This document shows positions 58,401 to 64,000 of a stretch of DNA of 64,000 nt, in pieces (the first letter of the stretch is position 1; every line of letters starts with the position of its first letter). A model generated the notes under the pieces. It had not been told where the DNA came from. It saw nothing but the letters and a program-made list of their open reading frames with translations, and searched no databases. The translations under genes were made by a program, and so were the position numbers. Origin of the DNA: the human T2T-CHM13v2.0 reference genome, Homo sapiens; assembly GCF_009914755.1 (NCBI RefSeq), contig NC_060937.1; one strand, written 5' to 3'.

Positions 58401-59690
58401 AATCACCATGTTCAGTGACGTTTGATTTTAGTAAGACAGCATGATAGAAAAAACGACTACTAAGTTATGGCTAAAGTATTCCCAATTAGTTTGATTTTTA
58501 GCCAGTTAGTTCCAATCTTTGGATTTTCCTTGGTACCCAGATTTCAAAAATAAGAAGGTCATATGGCATGACGATTTCACTGAAACAGATTTAACAAAAA
58601 AAATTCCATGAATTTCCACTAGGACCCACTAGCAATTTAAAATCATGTTATAGATGATCCTGAATTTTGTTTGCCATTATAAATCCCCTGTTCAGAATTG
58701 GGGAATAAACAATAAAAAGCTATCTTAAAAATTAATAGGATTATGGAAAATATCAACTTTTAAATTTGCTAGACAGAGGAAACCATTTCAGGCATATTTA
58801 TACATTTGTTAAGTGCATCAATAAGATTTATCCTTTAATGTAGTAATTCATACCTTTCATACGAATTAGACATATAAATGATAATTATATTTTGATAGAA
58901 TTTCAGAATAAAAATTCTTCCACTCAAGTATGGCTCTGCCAATATACAGATGAATTGTCTAATCAGGCCACACAGTCTCACTGAGTCAGTTCCCTCATCC
59001 ATATACTAAGAGGCTTCTATTAGATATCATGTATAACCTCTAGTGTTCTGAAATTATTTAATTTCTGTGTGAAGTGTCTTTTGTTCCCTACATCATCTTT
59101 TATTCAAATGGCATCTGGGTTACTCAAATTATAAAATGCTTTCTTTGATGCATGAGGAACAAAAGTGTGATTCTTGCTTAGAGTAATATGTCAAATTATG
59201 ATATTTCTAGTTAATAAAAATGAAACACTATTCTCTCTCATATCCTGTTTGTTGGGATTATATATCACCATATAAATAATAAGTATATGTAACTATACTA
59301 TATATATAATTTATCTAGATAATAAATAAAATATTTTTATATATTTATATAAAGTGCATAATTCAATAATTAGGAAAATTTGTCCAACCATTAAACAGAG
59401 AAAATTTACTTTATTGGGCATGCCCTATTGCTATTTCAGTATTACACAGAGTATATTTATATTACATATTATTTTCACTGACCAAAATTATGATTTTCTG
59501 CCATACAATGTTTGTTTAATTTACTTTTTATGGGTTATTATGAATGATATGCTGTTTTCTAATATGGGCTTTTGTGGAATGGCTATGCATTTATAATTAG
59601 TAATCCTTCACTATTACCTTGCTCAGAGAATCATGAATTCTCTCTTGCCTTTCTGTTTTTTTCTTTCTATTTTAGAAATCCTAAAAACGT

Positions 59691-59987
<297 letters not shown>

Positions 59988-60234
59988 CTAAAAACATTGT
60001 TCCTTATATACTGAAATAAAACAAAAGCATAAACACTAAGTCATCTTAATTATCATTTAAAAATTTTGACTTGAAATATGCCTAAACGGAGTTAATGTAT
60101 GTAATTCAATCTGTGTTTCTCTTCATCAAGATGATTCTAAATTAAATCCTTTAAGAAAATATGCCATTATGAATAGAAAATATAAAACATCAACAGACTT
60201 CCTTGAATTCTACTTATATTACACAATGAAAGCA

Positions 60235-61672
60235 TGTTGGAGGCCGCACAAATGTTTCTTGTGATTAGGCACATCTGAAGCCTGTCAGTAACAATATGAA
60301 CCTGTGATCAATTAAGCAGCTGACTAATCGTTACCTCCTCCTCCTTGCTCTTGTTACCCAATAAATAAGAAGGGCTATAGAAGCTCAAGGGGGGCTGCCT
60401 TTGCTCACTAGAAGCAGGGAGTGCTCTTCTTGTCCATGCTAGCCTTTCCTTTAAACTGTTTCTTTTGCCTCTTTGTTATCATTTCTGTGTTTGTCCCTTT
60501 GTTCAGTCATAATGACGTTCTCTAGCAGTAACAGTAGTAACTGCTGTAATGATGGTCTCAAGCAGTAACCATGGCAGTTAGCCACAAGTGGTGCCCAAAC
60601 AGGGATGAATAGGGACAGACAGGGACAGATAGGGATAAAGACTAGCAAAGACTAGCAATATAAGGTCAGTGCCCTAAAGAGGTACAAAAGTAGAGACTAG
60701 CAGAGACTAGCAAATACTAGCAGAAACTTGAAGGGACTATCAGGGACAGAGACCTGAAGGGACCTGAAGAGGCCTGCAGGGACAATAAGAAATAAGTAGA
60801 GATAAGTAGAGATAAATAGAGATAAGGAAGTACAGATAGGTAGGAGCAGACAGGGACTTGCAGGAACTAACAGGTACCATGGGGACAGATCAAGAAAACC
60901 ATACAGGAAGCTGAGAAACTGCTGGAGCACCGGGGTTTCACCTTTTGCTGGAACTCAGAGGTACAATCGATGCTTAACAGACCGATGATTTTTGACTGAG
61001 CTCCTCTCTACGCTGAATACAAGAGACCCTAATAGTTAGGCAGGAATATCATCGCCCCTATTCAGCATGAAGAAGTTGCAGGAGACAGACCTTCATCCTT
61101 CTGCAGCCCTTAGGATTAAGGGTCCTCTTGCAAAAGGGAAGGGGGAAATATGTAAGAAGCATTCAAACCAGAGTGACTCCATTTTGAATAAGGGCTAAGA
61201 AAAATGAAGCTGGATAACCAACTGGCAATTAAGGGGTGCACAGCCTGCAATTGCCTTGCTCAATTAATTTAAAAACAAAAAGGAGATGTTGGAGGCCACA
61301 CAAATGTTTCTTGTGATTAGGTACATCTGAAGCCTGTCAATAATGAACCTGTGATCATTTAAGCAGCTGACCAATCGTTACCTCCTCCTCCTTGCTCTTA
61401 TTACCCAATAAATCCAAAGGGCTGTGGAAGCTCAAGGTGGGCTGCCTTTACTCACTAGAAGCAGGGAGCTCTCTTATTCTTCCCCATGCTAGCCTTTCCT
61501 TAAAACAGTTTCTCTCGTTTCTTTGTTATCATTTCTGCATTCCTCCCTTCATTCAGTCATAATACGGTCTCAAGCAGTAACAATAGTAACTGCTGTAATG
61601 ATGGTCTCAAGCAGTAACAGTAGTAACTGCTGTAGTGACAGTCTCAAGTAGTAACTGTGGCGGTCAGCCACA
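60235..61672 (+). mobile_element. Non-autonomous HERV-K-type (LTR14C/HERVK14C-like) mini-provirus with captured MER41 segment
   Basis: 5'LTR 60235-60586 and 3'LTR 61287-61672 (TG...CA). PBS TGGTGCCCAAACAGGGAT at 60589-60606. PPT AAAAACAAAAAGGAGA at 61271-61286. Perfect 6-bp TSD AAAGCA. The family name is from recall. Confidence 0.88.
60589..60606 (+). promoter_or_regulatory. Retroviral primer-binding site, tRNA-Lys(UUU)
   Basis: TGGTGCCCAAACAGGGAT vs TGGCGCCCGAACAGGGAC (two CpG-type transitions plus one terminal change), 2 nt after the 5'LTR. Confidence 0.9.
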
Positions 61673-61708
61673 AAAGCAAACTTACGAATATTCAGGGCTT
61701 GCAAGTAC

Positions 61709-62192
61709 ATTTGAACCTTGAACAACATGGATTTGAATTGCATGGGCCCACTTAAATGTGGGGTTTTTTTTCAACAAAAGATGGATGGAAAATAGAGTAT
61801 TCAAGGAATGTATGTCTTCTTTTGAAGTGTCTGTTCGTGTCCCTTGCCCCCTTTTTAAAGAATTGTTTGACTTTTTCCTTGTGTCTTACAGATGCTAGAT
61901 ATAGACCTTTCTCAATGCATAGTTTGCAAAAATTTTCTCCCATTCTGTAAGTTGTTTATTCTATTTATAGTTTATTTTGCTGTACAGAAGCTCCTTGATT
62001 TAATTCGATACCATTTGTCGATTTTTGCTTTTGTTGACATTGCTTTTGGCATCATGAAATCTTTGCCCATGAGGGTCATCTTTTCTTATATATGGGTTCT
62101 ACAGGACTGACTGCAGAACTTGTGTATGCATGGATTTTGATATATTCCAGAAGTCCTGGAAACAACTGCCTGAATATACAAAGAGCCAACCG
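61709..62192 (+). mobile_element. MER8 (Tigger2-family MITE) split by an L1 fragment
   Basis: TA|CATTTGAACCTTGAACAACATGGATTTGAA...GAAAATAGAGTATTC, then after the insert AGGGTCATCTTTTC...GTCCTGGAAACAA...CAACCG|TA. Confidence 0.82.
61811..62070 (-). mobile_element. Internal L1 ORF2 fragment, no tail
   Basis: ATGTCTTCTTTTGAAGTGTCTGTTC...GCATAGTTTGCAAAAATTTTCTCCCATTCTG...CATCATGAAATCTTTGCCCATG. Confidence 0.88.
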
Positions 62193-62954
62193 TAATATGC
62201 TTTCATCTAAGCCAGTAGTTTGTCTAATATTTTATTCCAAATATATTTCATTATATTATTTATTTAATATAAAGTTGTCACTAAGCAAACAAATGGCATT
62301 TTATCAGATAGTTATTTTGTTGGTTGGGTGTTCAAGCTATCTTGTTTAAGTTCAATCTCAATCACACCATAACTTTCTAACTTTAGACTTCTCACTTAAC
62401 CCCTCTGAAACTTAGGCATGGACTCTGAAATTAAACAAATATAAGATCTTACATGTATATTATATGTATGATTTAGTTTAAAGTCCCAGTTTAAGTTGCA
62501 GAGTAGAAGAAAATAAATCAGTAAAACAAAATTAAAGGTAATATGAACAGGACCCCGGAGAGCAGTGTTGTCACAGTCTGTTTTAAAGTCTGAAAGTCAG
62601 TCTCAGTCAGTTGGCTGTTGAGAATATCCCAGGCTGATCAATGGAATTTGTTGTGAATTATATTTGCCGTATTTAAGTTTATTATTTGAGGTGAGAAGTA
62701 ACACTAAGCAGGCAATAAATTCTTAGAGGTTTTGTGAATTTTTTCCTCCAATTTATCTTTCTGAGAAAAGTAGACTTGATTATTTCTTTATGATTTGCAT
62801 GCAACATAGGGACACAGAGATTATAGCTGATAAGCGGACCCTTGATTGGACAAATAATTTATCATGTTTAAACTACTACTCCCAGAGACTGTGCTTCTAA
62901 TAGGAAAATATACAAAAAAGGACATATTGAAAGAACTATGTTTTAGTATATTTC

Positions 62955-63580
<626 letters not shown>

Positions 63581-64000
63581 TGAGAACAGTAGTAAAGTTT
63601 ATCTAAAACTTCAAAGTCTGAAAAAAATCAAAAATAAGTGCATACTCATCAACAAGACTTGGGTGCAAGGTTGCATCCCTAATGTTACTAAACGTTGTCT
63701 TTCAAAGCATGACAGAGCAATTGAGCAAATGAAATATGGGCCCAGCTGCTAAAGAACAGGTTTATTTGCTTGTTTGTTTTACCATTTATGACAATGAGAT
63801 GTGAACCCTTGGTTTGAATATAATAATCATGACAGAAATAGAACTGTTAAAAACACATTCCACGTGAAAGTAGGGTGACAGACCTAAGTGATTTCAGGTT
63901 AGGACACGGGCCTGGCATTGAGGAAACCTCCACATTTCTTGTTAGGTGCTTGAAAATATACCTTGACATCTCCAGACTTCTGAGCTTCTTCTCAATTAAT

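Noticed and set aside
60879-60914. ACCATGGGG as a gag start codon
   Set aside because: The frame stops after 11 codons. The alternative frame matches the env leader (WGQIKK) better.
60500-61660. CRISPR-like array from the ~35-bp and ~10-bp repeats
   Set aside because: The units are directly adjacent with no unique spacers, lie inside a retroviral LTR or leader, and the DNA is mammalian.

Overview
This is AT-rich, repeat-dense primate (very likely human) gene-desert DNA. I found no intact protein-coding gene, RNA gene or CRISPR array. The only gene-derived sequence I recognise is an old processed pseudogene of SPATA2 (~2874-7739, +; probably SPATA2P1). It sits inside an ancient L1, is split by an ERVL-type solo LTR, and has lost its central CDS to a ~1.45-kb segment that looks like an L1 3' transduction. 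The rest is L1 fragments of several ages, at least ten Alus, MaLR/ERVL/ERV1/ERVK LTRs and DNA transposons (near-full Tigger1, Tigger2-type, MER8, MER115). The most unusual object is a complete 1.44-kb non-autonomous HERV-K-type mini-provirus (60235-61672) with two LTRs, a tRNA-Lys PBS, a PPT and a perfect 6-bp TSD, whose env body is replaced by a captured MER41 (ERV1) 3' end. Repeat subfamily names and protein matches come from remembered consensus sequences, not database searches. Boundaries of old elements are approximate.
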